A stretch of 64,000 bases of DNA from Fibrobacterota bacterium. GTDB taxonomy: Bacteria > Fibrobacterota > Fibrobacteria > UBA11236. The stretch spans positions 2,648 through 66,647 of the forward strand of contig JAQBPN010000014.1 of the NCBI GenBank assembly GCA_028287505.1, written 5' to 3'. Both the position numbers and the translations under genes were made by a program. Below, piece by piece: positions 19,783 through 30,025 of the stretch. A model generated the notes under the pieces. That model searched no databases. It saw nothing but the letters and a program-made list of their open reading frames with translations, and was not told the origin of the DNA. Positions within the stretch are counted from its first letter, which is position 1. Each line of letters begins with the position of its first letter.

Positions 19783-21155
19783 ACCTGTTCCGGACCAGTC
19801 TCCGGATACGCCTGACCTTCTGGTATTCCCTTGCTCTGGGAATCCTCCTTTCCGCATTTTCCTTCTGCATCCATCTTCTCGCCGAGCGGTCCCTCTTGCG
19901 ACAATTGGACCGGGAGCTTGCAGGGCGGATTTTCGCCCTTGAGAAATCAATTCAGGACAAGCCGGGGGAACCGGAGGAATTGGCTGAATTCGAGGATGAA
20001 ATGTTTTCCCCCGTCTTCCAGGTCGAACGGAATGACAGTCTTCTCTATCAGTCGGGCTCCTGGAGATCGGCTGGTTTGGTCGCGCCCGGCAAAACCGGCC
20101 CAGGCCTTGCCCCTGTCGAGGTCCGGGCGAAGGACCATGACTACCGTTTGGCCTCGAAAGCCCTGGAAATCCATGGTAGCCGGTATCGGCTGTTTGCCGC
20201 CATGCCCATGGACCAGGTGGAATCGGTATTGGCCGGCCTCGCCCTGGCATTCAAAATCGGATTGCCTGTCGGGTTGATTCTGGCGTTTCTCGGGGGGAAT
20301 GTCTTCGCCGGAAAAGCCCTGGCGCCCATCGGTCGCATGGCGGGTCTCGCGGAGAAAATCTCTTCGGAGAACCTGGAATTGCGTCTGCCCGTATTCAACC
20401 GTACCGATGAAATCGGGCGGCTGGCCTTGGCGTTCAACGGGGTGCTGGACCGGCTTGAGAGTTCCTTCGAACGTCTGAAGCGGTTCACCGCCGATGCCTC
20501 CCATGAGCTCAGGACGCCGCTGACGGCAATCCGGTCGGTCGGCGAAGTGGTTCTGAGGTCCGATTCCGATATCGGCGCCTACAGGGAAGCGATCAGCAGC
20601 ATTCTGGAGGAGTCGGCGCGTCTCTCGCGACTCGTCCAGGACCTGCTTCTCCTGACAAAAGGAGAACACGACCGGAAAAGCATGACAAGGTCCCTGCTCG
20701 ATTTGGGAGACCTCACGAAGTCCATCTGCTCCACCTTCGGCGTGCTGGCCGAGGAGAAGGAGCAGACGCTGGTTTGCGAGGTCGCGGAACGCATTCCTGC
20801 TTCGGTGGAGGAGTCCACCTTCAGGCTTGCCGTCATGAATCTGATCGACAATGCCATTAAGCATACGCCGATGGGAGGAGCCATTCAAGTGAAGGTTTGG
20901 CGAGGAGCTTCAGGGGAGTCGCTGATTACGGTCCGTGATCAAGGCGCTGGGATCCCCCAGGAACATCGCCAGCGAATCTTCGACAGGTTCTATCGGGTGG
21001 ATCCGGGACGGTCCCGCGCCGCCGGTGGCACGGGGCTTGGCCTTGCCATCGCCCGGTGGGCGGCCGAAATCAATGACGGGCGCCTGGAGTTGGCGGAGTC
21101 CGGCCCCGGGGGGAGTTTGTTCAGGATCACGATTCCGCATGCGCTGATTTCCTGA
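19779..21155 (+). CDS. Sensor histidine kinase (2 TM, HAMP, HisKA, HATPase_c), BaeS/CusS-like
   Basis: H-box FTADASHELRTPLTAI, N-box NLIDNAIKHTP and G-boxes RDQGAGIP / GGTGLGLAIA. The GTG start overlaps the regulator stop (GTGA). Confidence 0.9.
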   Translation: MNLFRTSLRIRLTFWYSLALGILLSAFSFCIHLLAERSLLRQLDRELAGRIFALEKSIQDKPGEPEELAEFEDEMFSPVFQVERNDSLLYQSGSWRSAGLVAPGKTGPGLAPVEVRAKDHDYRLASKALEIHGSRYRLFAAMPMDQVESVLAGLALAFKIGLPVGLILAFLGGNVFAGKALAPIGRMAGLAEKISSENLELRLPVFNRTDEIGRLALAFNGVLDRLESSFERLKRFTADASHELRTPLTAIRSVGEVVLRSDSDIGAYREAISSILEESARLSRLVQDLLLLTKGEHDRKSMTRSLLDLGDLTKSICSTFGVLAEEKEQTLVCEVAERIPASVEESTFRLAVMNLIDNAIKHTPMGGAIQVKVWRGASGESLITVRDQGAGIPQEHRQRIFDRFYRVDPGRSRAAGGTGLGLAIARWAAEINDGRLELAESGPGGSLFRITIPHALIS

Positions 21156-21183
21156 AGGCCAGGACTCGCGCATATTCGCAAAG

Positions 21184-21852
21184 TCACTCAGGCCTGATTA
21201 TCAAGTCATTGCGGATGCTTACCACGCCTTCGGTATGCAGGGCGCAATCGTAAGCGGCCTGCTCCGCAATCCGGTTCAGGACTTCGCCCCTCAGGGTCAC
21301 GACCCCGTCCTTCACCTCCACATCCACGGATTCGGCGATGATATGGGAGTTCCTATCCAGGGCCGCCACCACGTTCCCGGCGATGATTTCATCCTTGATT
21401 TTTTTACCGGGAGCCACCGTGAGCAGGTTTTTGACATAGGAGACTCCGGCCATGCGGCTGGCGATATCCTCGGCGAGGCCTTTTTTCCAGTAGTGGTCCA
21501 CGCTTCCCTCCAGCGTGACAAAGCCATCCGCGACGGTTACGCTCAGTCTGGAGGAGTCGAGGTTGGCATCCGTTTCAAACGCATCCGCGATGTTGGAACC
21601 GATCTCCGCATCGGAAAACCGCCGCGTCTCTTCGGGAAGATGCACCTTCAGATGATTCTCCACGGACATCACCCCGTCCACGTTCCAAGCATCCTGCTCC
21701 GCTGCTCTCCTGGCCATTAGGCTGGGAACGGTACCGGTCAGGATCGCGTTCCCGTTGCGCACTTCCACCTTCACGTCGTTGGCGTCAACGCGGGTGTCCC
21801 AGTACAGCTGGTCGACGACATCCCGGTTGGCCTTTTCGTCGGTCAAAAGCAT
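21184..21852 (-). CDS. BON-domain protein (OsmY-like, three BON repeats)
   Basis: Three repeats of the type D..V.VEV.NG.V.L.G.V. ATG at 21852 is preceded by GGAGG at 6-nt spacing, so the longer ORF-track N-terminus (to 22038) is rejected. Confidence 0.8.
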   Translation of the reverse strand: MLLTDEKANRDVVDQLYWDTRVDANDVKVEVRNGNAILTGTVPSLMARRAAEQDAWNVDGVMSVENHLKVHLPEETRRFSDAEIGSNIADAFETDANLDSSRLSVTVADGFVTLEGSVDHYWKKGLAEDIASRMAGVSYVKNLLTVAPGKKIKDEIIAGNVVAALDRNSHIIAESVDVEVKDGVVTLRGEVLNRIAEQAAYDCALHTEGVVSIRNDLIIRPE

Positions 21853-22050
21853 ATCGAACCTCCATGGGTTTATCGAGAGCCAAGATAAATTCCCAACTCC
21901 CAAGGCGCGAGCGACAAGAAAATCACCACCTTCCGGCGCGCTTGTATCCGCATGGGTAGAGACGTATCTTAAAGATAGACAGGCCCCATCGCTGTCAAGG
22001 AAGTGGTGCCAGCGCAAACTAGCACCATCATCCCGCAAAAAAAGATGGGG

Positions 22051-22076
22051 AAAACCCGGCGCAAGCCGGGTTTTTT
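22051..22076 (+). terminator. Terminator-like hairpin (AAACCCGGC-GCAA-GCCGGGTTT + T-run) in a divergent intergenic region, 17 nt upstream of the Prs-like start; possible attenuator
   Basis: A perfect 9-bp stem with a GCAA tetraloop, followed by a T-run ending at 22076 and preceded by an A-run. Confidence 0.45.
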
Positions 22077-22092
22077 AATTCCCGGAGTTCCC

Positions 22093-23007
22093 GTGGAAAA
22101 CGGCATTCTGTTCGCCATCCGGAGCTATGCCGATTTGGGCAAGGATATCGCCGGCATTGGCGGATTTGAATACGGAAATGTGAAGGTCCGGGTCTGGCCG
22201 GGCGGGGAGTTGTATCAGGAAGTGGAGACGCCTCCGAGCGGCCGGGATGTGTACCTTGTCGCCGGCACCGGGACGGAAGCGGAAACCCTCGAAGCGTTCG
22301 ATCTGGCCAACGCCCTGGTCCAGCAAGGGGCCTTAAGCCTGACCATCGCCATTCCCTTCTTTGGATATTCGACCATGGAAAGGGCGCGTCTCCGGGGAGA
22401 AGCGGTCACCGCCAAATCGCGGGCCCGGCTTTGGGACTCGCTTCCCCGCGCGCCCATGGGGAATCGAATCCTGATCCTGGAACCCCATACCCAGAGCCTG
22501 CCCCATTATTTTTCCGGTCCCAATATCGTCTCCGCCCTGGATGCCGGTCCCCTGATGACGGCAATCCTGGATCAATTCCCGGCCGGGTCGGCCATGCTGT
22601 GCAGTCCGGATATCGGGCGCATCAAATGGGTGGACCGTCTGGCCTCCAGCGCCGGACGCGACAGCGCCTTCGTGCTGAAGCGGCGGGTGGGGACCGGGGT
22701 CCAGGTATTCGGTCTTTCCGGGGAAGTGGCCGGCCGCATGATCGTGATCTGCGATGACATGATCCGGACGGGTGGAACCTTGATCAATGCCGCCAAGGCC
22801 TGTGTGGGGGCGGGCGCCGCGGGCATTTCCGCGGCCGCGATTCACGGCGCATTCGCGCCCGGGAGCCTGGAAAAGCTTCGCGATTGCGGGCTTTTCAATT
22901 CATTGCATTGCACGGACTCGCACCCCAACGCCCTTGGCCGGCAACAGGGATGGCCGGAACTCACCAGTTGCGCCGGCCTTCTGGCCGGAGCCCTTGCTCC
23001 TGCTTAA
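22093..23007 (+). CDS. Ribose-phosphate pyrophosphokinase (Prs) family protein, divergent
   Basis: PRPP-synthetase-like layout (..DVYLVAGTG...AIPFFGYSTMERA...; PRPP loop IVICDDMIRTGGTLINAA). The start is uncertain: GTG at 22093 was chosen because the in-frame ATGs at 22003/22045 would translate through a terminator-like hairpin. Confidence 0.6.
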   Translation: MENGILFAIRSYADLGKDIAGIGGFEYGNVKVRVWPGGELYQEVETPPSGRDVYLVAGTGTEAETLEAFDLANALVQQGALSLTIAIPFFGYSTMERARLRGEAVTAKSRARLWDSLPRAPMGNRILILEPHTQSLPHYFSGPNIVSALDAGPLMTAILDQFPAGSAMLCSPDIGRIKWVDRLASSAGRDSAFVLKRRVGTGVQVFGLSGEVAGRMIVICDDMIRTGGTLINAAKACVGAGAAGISAAAIHGAFAPGSLEKLRDCGLFNSLHCTDSHPNALGRQQGWPELTSCAGLLAGALAPA

Positions 23008-23039
23008 TGAAAGCGCAACCAGTCCCTCAATCGCCTTGT

Positions 23040-26000
23040 CTACAGGGTGAACGGCTGGCCGCTCACGTCCAATACTTCCTGCATGGCCAGAGCCAATTCG
23101 GTGGCGATGAAAGGCTTTTGGATGAAATTGAAAACCTTTTTCAATTGGCCGTACCGGAGCGGGTCCGCATCCTCCGTGTAGCCGGACATGAGGAGAACCC
23201 GGCTTTCGGGGCGGACGCCCAGGAACTTCTCGGCCAGTTCCTGTCCGCTCATTCCCGGCATGACGATATCCGTCACCAGGATTTGGATGGTAACTTCCTT
23301 GTTCCGCTCGAGAACCAGAAGGGCGGCTTCCGCGCTCTCCGCTTCCAGCACCGTGTAGCCTTGCCGCTCCAGGATGATCCGGGAAAAGTGGCGTATGGCT
23401 TCCTCATCGTCCACCAAGAGCACGGTTTCCGTGCGCCTGGAAGGCGTCAGCCCGGGTTCGATCCGCGGGGGGATGGCGGTCGCTCCGCTCCCTACCCGGG
23501 GCAGCAGGATTTTGAACTCCGTACCCACTCCCGGAGTGCTGTCCACCAGGATGTGGCCTCCGCTTTGGGAGACGATACCTTGGACCACGGAGAGGCCGAG
23601 CCCCGTGCCTTTGCCGAGTTCCTTGGTGGTGAAAAAGGGTTCGAAGAGGCGCTTGAGCACTTCTTCGTCCATCCCGATCCCATTGTCGACGATGGAAAGC
23701 TCCGCGTATCTTCCTCTCGGCGCATTCGGATGGATGAGGGGAAGTTTCCCGTCCAGGTCCAGGTTGACCGTGGCGAGGGTGATTTCGCCCCCGGACGCCA
23801 TGGCATCGCGGGCGTTCACCACCAGGTTGATCAGCACCTGTTCCACCTGCCCCGGGTCCGCCATCACCAGGCATAGATGCTCTTCCAACGCGAGCGAGAG
23901 CTGAAAGCGGGGTCCTATCAGGCGCGCCAGCATGCTGTGCATGTTGGAAACGACGCTGTTGAGATCCAGGAGCTTGGGGGCCAGAATCTGTTTGCGGCTA
24001 TAGGCCAGGAGCTGCCGGGTCAAGGCCGCGGCCCGTTCCCCGGCTTTGAGGATTTCGCCGAGGTAGTCCTGCATCATCTCCTGCGGAAGCTCTTCGGAGA
24101 GGCATAATGCGCTGTATCCGTTGATGCTGGTCAGCAGGTTGTTGAAATCATGCGCGATGCCGCCGGCCAATTTGCCGATGGCTTCCATCCTTTGCGACTG
24201 GCGCAGCTTCTCTTCGGTTTCGTGCAGGGCCGCTTCGGAGCGCTTGCGATCGGAGACGTCCTCGATGGCCAGCAGCGTCATGCGTCCGCGGTCCTGTCCG
24301 GCCGGAAGCCGGCGCGCGTTGAGCACCAGGGACTCGTTCCCGACCGGCAGGGAATGGTTCACTTCGAAGTTCGCGAACTCGGCGCCCGAGGTGGTCATCT
24401 GGCCGAGAAGGCGGAGCATTTCGGGGATCTTCCAGAGTCCGTCGGCCACCTCCTGGAGAAGATGCCCTTCGGTATCCTGCGGCGTGGTTCCGAAAACCCG
24501 GTAATAGGAACTGTTGGCGGAATGGATCCGCAAATCCCCTTCCAATATGAGCAAGGGATCCCGCACGGTATCCACGATGGCGCGCGCGTAGTCCCCGCTT
24601 TCCTGCAACCGCTGCTGGGCGAGCTTGATCTCGTCGATGTCGAGCAATACCACCACCACGCCGTCGATCTTGCCGTCTGAGGAGCGGTAGGGGTGGATCC
24701 GCAGCGCATGCCATCGCCCGTCCTGGTTCCGGATTTCCCGGACGGAAGGCTCCTGGGACGACACCACTTCGGTGACGGATTTTCCGATATCGAGATCGGG
24801 AAGGAAGAATTTCAGGGTGCCGATGGGCCGGCCGACATCCGAGCTGGTCAACTGGAGTATTTTTCCGGCCGTGGGAGTGAAGCGGCGGAGGCGCATGTCG
24901 CCTCCCAATATCATGATCGGGATTTGCACGGCGCTGAGCAGGTTGGACAAGTCGTCGTTGAGCTGCGCCTGTTCCAGGTTGCGGGTCCGCAGCTCTTCGT
25001 TCATGGTGGCCAGCTCTTCATTGCCGGACTGAAGCTCTTCCTTGGCGGTTTCCAATTCCTCGTTGGTGCTCTGCAACTCTTCGTTGCTGGATTCCATCTC
25101 TTCGCCCGATGACTTCAGCTCCTCGTTGATGGCCTCCGACTGTTCCCGCACGGCTTGCAGATACTCCCGGGCGGCCGCGAGTTCGGAGCGAAGCAAGGAA
25201 ATCATCTCGTCCTCGGGCGGACCCCTCTGGTTCCGGACCGCGGCGGGGGAAGGCAGGGAGGCCAGGCCTTCCACTTCTTCGAACAGGATGAGAAAGCACG
25301 GCTCGGTGGCGGCGGAGAGTCCGATGCTATGGACTTCCAGATTCACCTGGCGGATGAGGCCACCTTCCATGAACCGCGCGTTCTTCCTTATCACCGGATC
25401 GCCGGTCTTTGCGCATTCCCGGACCGCTTTGCCGATCTCCAGCGACAGGCCTTCCTGCGCCATCACCGCGATGTTGAAACCGGACCCGCCCTGGGGAGGT
25501 TCGAGGAACGGACTCGTTCGGCCGCGGAACTGGAGGATGTCCAAGTCCTTGTTGACGAGCACGCCCGGCGGGGCGAACCTCCGGATCACGAGGCGGTCCG
25601 CGGCTTGCTGGAAATCCACGGGCGTGGGCCGGCGGACGGCCGGACCCGACCTTTCCGCGGCATCGGCCGCCTTGCCTTTGGAGGCGAAGATGGGGAGGCG
25701 GACGGTGGCCATTTTCCTGGAATAGATCTTGAGTTGGGAATCCACGACGCTGAACAGGTCCGTATCCCGGCCGACGGTTTCCGAATTGCCCAGCAACAGA
25801 AAGCCTTCATCTTTCAAAGCATAGTGGAAGGATGGGATGATGCGCCGTTGCAGCGGGGCCGAAAGGTAGATGAGGACGTTGCGGCAACTGATGAGATCGA
25901 GCTTGGCGAAGGGCGGGTCCGCGGTCACATCATGCTTGGCGAAAATGCAGATATCGCGGATTTCCTTGTTGATCCGGTATCCCGATTCTTCCTTGGTGAA

Positions 26001-27170
26001 AAACCGGAGCAAGCGGTCCGGGGAAACGTCATGCTCGATGTTCTCGGGGTAGATGCCGGCGCGCGCCTTTTCCAAGGACGGCGATTCGCTGATGTCGCTG
26101 GCGAAGACGCGCAATGGAAAGCGGGTGTCCCTGGACTCCTGGAGCTCGCAAAGAGTGATGGCCAGGGAGTACGCTTCTTCTCCCGTGGCGCAGCCCGCGA
26201 CCCAGACCCGGATGGTATCCTCCGGGGACTTCGCCTTCCAAATGGCGGGCAGGACGGTTTCGGAGAGCGCCGTGAAAGCCTTGGGATCCCGGAAAAAACG
26301 CGTGACATGGATCAGGATGTCCTGGTACAGGGCCTTGACCTCCGCCTTATCGCCTTCGAGACTACGGGCATAGTCGGGCAGATTCTCCCATTTGCCCAGG
26401 GCCATGCGCCGCATGATGCGGCGTTTGAGCGTCGTGTCCCGATAATGGGCGAAATCCACTCCGGATGATCCGCGCAGCAATTCGACGATGCGGGCGAACT
26501 CCTCGTCGCACCCGGCGAACGGATGGACATTCTCGGCCGGAGCGCGGGAGTCGAAGTAGGGGAGGCCGGCGATTCTCGCCAGCTCCAGGGCTATGCCTTC
26601 GGGAGGCAGCACCAGGTCCACGCAACCTTCCGCGACGGCGCTCAACGGCATGCCCGGGAATTTGGCCGACCCGCTATCCTGGGCGAAAGTGATTCCGCCG
26701 GCCGCCTTGATTTCCGCGAGCCCCAGGGTCCCGTCCGTTCCCGTTCCCGAAAGGATGATCCCGACGGAACGACCATTCCCATTCTGCGCCAGGGACCGCA
26801 GGAAGAAGTCGATGGGCAGATGCAGTCCGCGCGCTTCGCCCCGGGGGGTCAGATGCAGGATGCCGTCGGTCAGGGCCATGTTCGAATTGGGGGGGATGAC
26901 ATAGACATGATCGGGTTCGATGACCGAGCCGTCCCGGACTTCCGTCACGGGAATACCGGTGGACTTGGAGAGAAGGTCGGTGAGATGGCTGGTGTGTGTG
27001 GGCTCGAGATGCTGGATGAGCACGAAGGCCATGCCGGTGTCGCCGGGAAGATTTTTCAGGAGCCGGGTGAAGGCTTCCAGGCCTCCGGCCGATGCCCCGA
27101 TTCCCACGACCGTGACATGCTTCTTATCCGCAGCGTCCGCGTGGCCAAGGCCATTCAGTTCGTCCGCCAT
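23040..27170 (-). CDS. Multidomain CheB methylesterase-CheR methyltransferase-coiled coil-PAS-HisKA-HATPase-receiver hybrid sensor kinase
   Basis: CheB-like VVGIGASAGGLEAF..FVLIQHL. CheR-like VWVAGCATGEEAYSLAI. An EEL-rich coiled coil (NEELQSTNEELETAKEELQSGNEEL) and PAS-like segments follow. H-box IAHDFNNLL, then HATPase GTGLGLSVV, then the C-terminal receiver LLVDDEEA..ILVTDIVMPGMSG. Confidence 0.9.
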   Translation of the reverse strand: MADELNGLGHADAADKKHVTVVGIGASAGGLEAFTRLLKNLPGDTGMAFVLIQHLEPTHTSHLTDLLSKSTGIPVTEVRDGSVIEPDHVYVIPPNSNMALTDGILHLTPRGEARGLHLPIDFFLRSLAQNGNGRSVGIILSGTGTDGTLGLAEIKAAGGITFAQDSGSAKFPGMPLSAVAEGCVDLVLPPEGIALELARIAGLPYFDSRAPAENVHPFAGCDEEFARIVELLRGSSGVDFAHYRDTTLKRRIMRRMALGKWENLPDYARSLEGDKAEVKALYQDILIHVTRFFRDPKAFTALSETVLPAIWKAKSPEDTIRVWVAGCATGEEAYSLAITLCELQESRDTRFPLRVFASDISESPSLEKARAGIYPENIEHDVSPDRLLRFFTKEESGYRINKEIRDICIFAKHDVTADPPFAKLDLISCRNVLIYLSAPLQRRIIPSFHYALKDEGFLLLGNSETVGRDTDLFSVVDSQLKIYSRKMATVRLPIFASKGKAADAAERSGPAVRRPTPVDFQQAADRLVIRRFAPPGVLVNKDLDILQFRGRTSPFLEPPQGGSGFNIAVMAQEGLSLEIGKAVRECAKTGDPVIRKNARFMEGGLIRQVNLEVHSIGLSAATEPCFLILFEEVEGLASLPSPAAVRNQRGPPEDEMISLLRSELAAAREYLQAVREQSEAINEELKSSGEEMESSNEELQSTNEELETAKEELQSGNEELATMNEELRTRNLEQAQLNDDLSNLLSAVQIPIMILGGDMRLRRFTPTAGKILQLTSSDVGRPIGTLKFFLPDLDIGKSVTEVVSSQEPSVREIRNQDGRWHALRIHPYRSSDGKIDGVVVVLLDIDEIKLAQQRLQESGDYARAIVDTVRDPLLILEGDLRIHSANSSYYRVFGTTPQDTEGHLLQEVADGLWKIPEMLRLLGQMTTSGAEFANFEVNHSLPVGNESLVLNARRLPAGQDRGRMTLLAIEDVSDRKRSEAALHETEEKLRQSQRMEAIGKLAGGIAHDFNNLLTSINGYSALCLSEELPQEMMQDYLGEILKAGERAAALTRQLLAYSRKQILAPKLLDLNSVVSNMHSMLARLIGPRFQLSLALEEHLCLVMADPGQVEQVLINLVVNARDAMASGGEITLATVNLDLDGKLPLIHPNAPRGRYAELSIVDNGIGMDEEVLKRLFEPFFTTKELGKGTGLGLSVVQGIVSQSGGHILVDSTPGVGTEFKILLPRVGSGATAIPPRIEPGLTPSRRTETVLLVDDEEAIRHFSRIILERQGYTVLEAESAEAALLVLERNKEVTIQILVTDIVMPGMSGQELAEKFLGVRPESRVLLMSGYTEDADPLRYGQLKKVFNFIQKPFIATELALAMQEVLDVSGQPFTL

Positions 27171-27476
27171 GTCTCTGCTCCATCGTTCGGGAAGGGTGTT
27201 GAGACCGGGATGAAAGGTCGGAACGATAGGGAAGATAGCTCCCTGGGAGGAGCTTTGGCCGTTTTGCGGCTAATTCGCTCGTTTCGAGCCCCTGGGAGGT
27301 TCATGTTAACCGCTTTCCCTCAATCCTGAGTTGCCATATGGCGCCATGTGCATGGCCGGGAATTCGTCTAGCTTGGGTCGTGGCATTCATTGCCTCGGGC
27401 TCAGAACCGGCTTCCTCTGTTTCCAAGAGGGTGCCGTTTCATCGGAGCCTCAATCCACTCAAACGAAGGGAAGCCC

Positions 27477-29936
27477 ATGCGTTGGGACGTTCGCCACTTA
27501 TTTCTCGCCTCGGCCTTGGCCTTGGGCGCTTGCATGACGGAAAACAAGGTCCCGGACGGGACCGTTCCTCCTAATGTGGTAGTCAAGGATCCGGGAGTCA
27601 GCGAAGAAGGGCTACCCCTGCTTTTTTCGGTCAAAGACATGGGCGCCGCGGATCCCGCGCGTCTGTATCCGGAGGAAAAGCGCTTGCGCGCGGCGGAGGT
27701 CGACGCGAACATCTCCGCGAACCTCGAGGCGGTCATGAGCGTGTCCAAGCGTTTCGTCATAAACCTGTTCGAGGATGTCCGCCTGGTGGCCGAAGTGGAT
27801 CGGATGGAAAGCGTGGAGGCCGGACGGTTCACCCTGACCGGGCATCTGGTCAACGTAGAGGGAAGCTATTTCACTTTGGCCTTCAACCAGGGATCGGTTT
27901 CCGCCACCGTATTCCATCCCGGCCGGGGCGATTTCGAGATTGAACCCCTGGGCGGCTTCCAGGCCAAGATCTCCGAGTTCGACGCCAACCATCTGCCGCA
28001 TCTCGATCACGGGATGATCTATCCGCAGGACGGCATCACGCATATCATGACCGATACAGGCATGGTCATGGATACCGGCATGGTGATGGGATTGCCCAAA
28101 GCCGCGGCGGTCACTCCGGTGCTGGACATCATGGTCCTGTATACCGCGGCTGCGGCGGCGGGAACCGGCGGCGATGCCGCCATGCTCTCCCGCATCGACA
28201 AGGCCGTGGCCGAAGTCAACAACGCCTTCATCAACAGCCAGATAAACGCCAAGGCCAACCTGGTCCGCGCCCAGCAGATCGCCTATACGGAATCCGGGAA
28301 CATGGGCACGGATCTGGGCCGGCTCCAGAACGCAAGCGACGGCTTTATGGACGACGTGGCCGCGCTGCGCAACACCTACAAGGCGGATTTCGTGTCCTTG
28401 GTGGTGGAACAGGGCGGCAACATCGCCGGCATCGGCTATGTGATGACTTCGCCGAACACCTCCTTCAAGCCCTATGCCTTCACCGTCATCGGCCGCGTCT
28501 ATACCGGCAATTACAACACCCTGGCCCATGAGCTTGGCCACAACCTGGGCTGCGCGCATGATCGGAACAATGCCACCAGCCAGGCATCCTACCCGTATTC
28601 CTACGGATACCGGTTCACGGGCAACAACGGGGTCCAGTATCGGACCATCATGGCCTATGCCCCCGGTTCGCCCATCCCGTACTATTCCAATCCCAACATC
28701 CTTTACATGGGAGTCCCCATCGGCATCCCGGACGGGCAGCCCAATTCCGCCGACAACTCCCGCACCATCAACCAGAACGCCCCGATAGCCCAGAACTTCC
28801 TGGTGCGTCCCGCAGGCCAGCCTCCTGTCCCCACCATCGTTACGCCGGTGGCGAGCGCCACCTATTCCGGCGGCATGGTCATCAACTATGGCGGCACGGG
28901 GACGGACCCGGAAGACGGAAACCTCCCGGCCTCCGCATTCACCTGGCAGGTGGATTTCATCCATGACGCGCTGACGGATCATCTGGTCCCGGCCACGTCG
29001 GGCGCCGCTTCCGGATCATTTACCGCGCTCAATCGCGGCGTGACCTCCGCGAACGCGTTCTACCGTATTTCCCTCACCGTCAAGGACGCCTCCGGCCTCA
29101 CCGCCACCGCCATCCGGGACGTGCAGCCCATCAAATCCACCGTCACTCTGGCCGCCAGCCAGGCCGGACTGCAACTCAAGCTGGATGGCCAGGCCGTCAC
29201 CGCTCCCTTCACCTTTACCGGCGTGGCCGGCGTCATCCGCTCCATCGAGGCGGTTTCCCCCCAGACCCTGACCGGCACCAATTGGACTTTCGGCGCCTGG
29301 TCGGACGGCGGAGCGCGGGTTCATGAAATCACCACGCCCGTCGCCAACACGGCCTATACCGCAGCCTTCACCGGGGTGGCCACCGTCACCTGGAGCAATC
29401 AGGACATCGGGTCCGTGGGCAAGGCGGGCGGTTTCACGGTTTCCGGCGGCAGCTACACCATGCAGGCCTCGGGCGCCGATATCTGGGGTGCGGCGGACGC
29501 CTTCCGGTTCGGGTACCAGACCCTGAACGGCAACGGCACCATCACGGCGCGCGTGGCGTCCCTGCAGAACAGTGACCCCTGGGCCAAAGCCGGCGTGATG
29601 ATCCGCGAGAATCTGACCGCCGGATCGCGGCATGCATTCATGGCCGTTACTTCCGCCAACGGTCTGGCCTTCCAGCGCCGCGAGACGGCCAACGCGGCCA
29701 GCCTCCACACCGGCGTAACGGGGACGGTACCCTACTGGGTGCGCCTGGTCCGCACCGGTACCAGCCTCAAGAGCTACCGGTCCGCCGATGGCTCTACCTG
29801 GACGCTCACGGGCGAATCCATCCAGGCCCTGCCCCAAAGCGTGCTGGTGGGTCTGGCGGTGACCTCGCATAACAATGCCGTCCTGACCACGGCCGTGTTC
29901 GACAACGTTTCCATCGTCCCCGCGCCCGGCACCTAG
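27477..29936 (+). CDS. Metzincin zinc-metalloprotease lipoprotein (reprolysin/M12B-like) with Ig-like middle domains and C-terminal DUF1349/concanavalin-like jelly-roll domain
   Basis: ATG at 27477 is preceded by GAAGGGA. Lipobox ALGAC. The zinc motif HELGHNLGCAHD matches HExxHxxGxxHD. The C-terminus ..GADIWGAADAFRF..WAKAGVMIRE..YWVRLVRTG..KSYRSADG resembles DUF1349-type lectin folds. Confidence 0.85.
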   Translation: MRWDVRHLFLASALALGACMTENKVPDGTVPPNVVVKDPGVSEEGLPLLFSVKDMGAADPARLYPEEKRLRAAEVDANISANLEAVMSVSKRFVINLFEDVRLVAEVDRMESVEAGRFTLTGHLVNVEGSYFTLAFNQGSVSATVFHPGRGDFEIEPLGGFQAKISEFDANHLPHLDHGMIYPQDGITHIMTDTGMVMDTGMVMGLPKAAAVTPVLDIMVLYTAAAAAGTGGDAAMLSRIDKAVAEVNNAFINSQINAKANLVRAQQIAYTESGNMGTDLGRLQNASDGFMDDVAALRNTYKADFVSLVVEQGGNIAGIGYVMTSPNTSFKPYAFTVIGRVYTGNYNTLAHELGHNLGCAHDRNNATSQASYPYSYGYRFTGNNGVQYRTIMAYAPGSPIPYYSNPNILYMGVPIGIPDGQPNSADNSRTINQNAPIAQNFLVRPAGQPPVPTIVTPVASATYSGGMVINYGGTGTDPEDGNLPASAFTWQVDFIHDALTDHLVPATSGAASGSFTALNRGVTSANAFYRISLTVKDASGLTATAIRDVQPIKSTVTLAASQAGLQLKLDGQAVTAPFTFTGVAGVIRSIEAVSPQTLTGTNWTFGAWSDGGARVHEITTPVANTAYTAAFTGVATVTWSNQDIGSVGKAGGFTVSGGSYTMQASGADIWGAADAFRFGYQTLNGNGTITARVASLQNSDPWAKAGVMIRENLTAGSRHAFMAVTSANGLAFQRRETANAASLHTGVTGTVPYWVRLVRTGTSLKSYRSADGSTWTLTGESIQALPQSVLVGLAVTSHNNAVLTTAVFDNVSIVPAPGT

Positions 29937-30025
29937 CCCGGGCCGTTCGGATTGGCGGCTTGGCGCCGAAGTGCCTTCGGGCTTTAGGCCTCAGGGCTGT
30001 AGCGCCGCAATGCCACAATGCAGAC

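Noticed and set aside
21853-22038. N-terminal extension of the BON protein
   Set aside because: There is a strong GGAGG-N6-ATG at 21852. The extension has no signal-peptide or domain character.
22003-22092. ATG starts at 22003/22045 for the Prs-like gene
   Set aside because: They would translate through a perfect terminator-like hairpin plus T-run. This is retained as an alternative in the hairpin finding.
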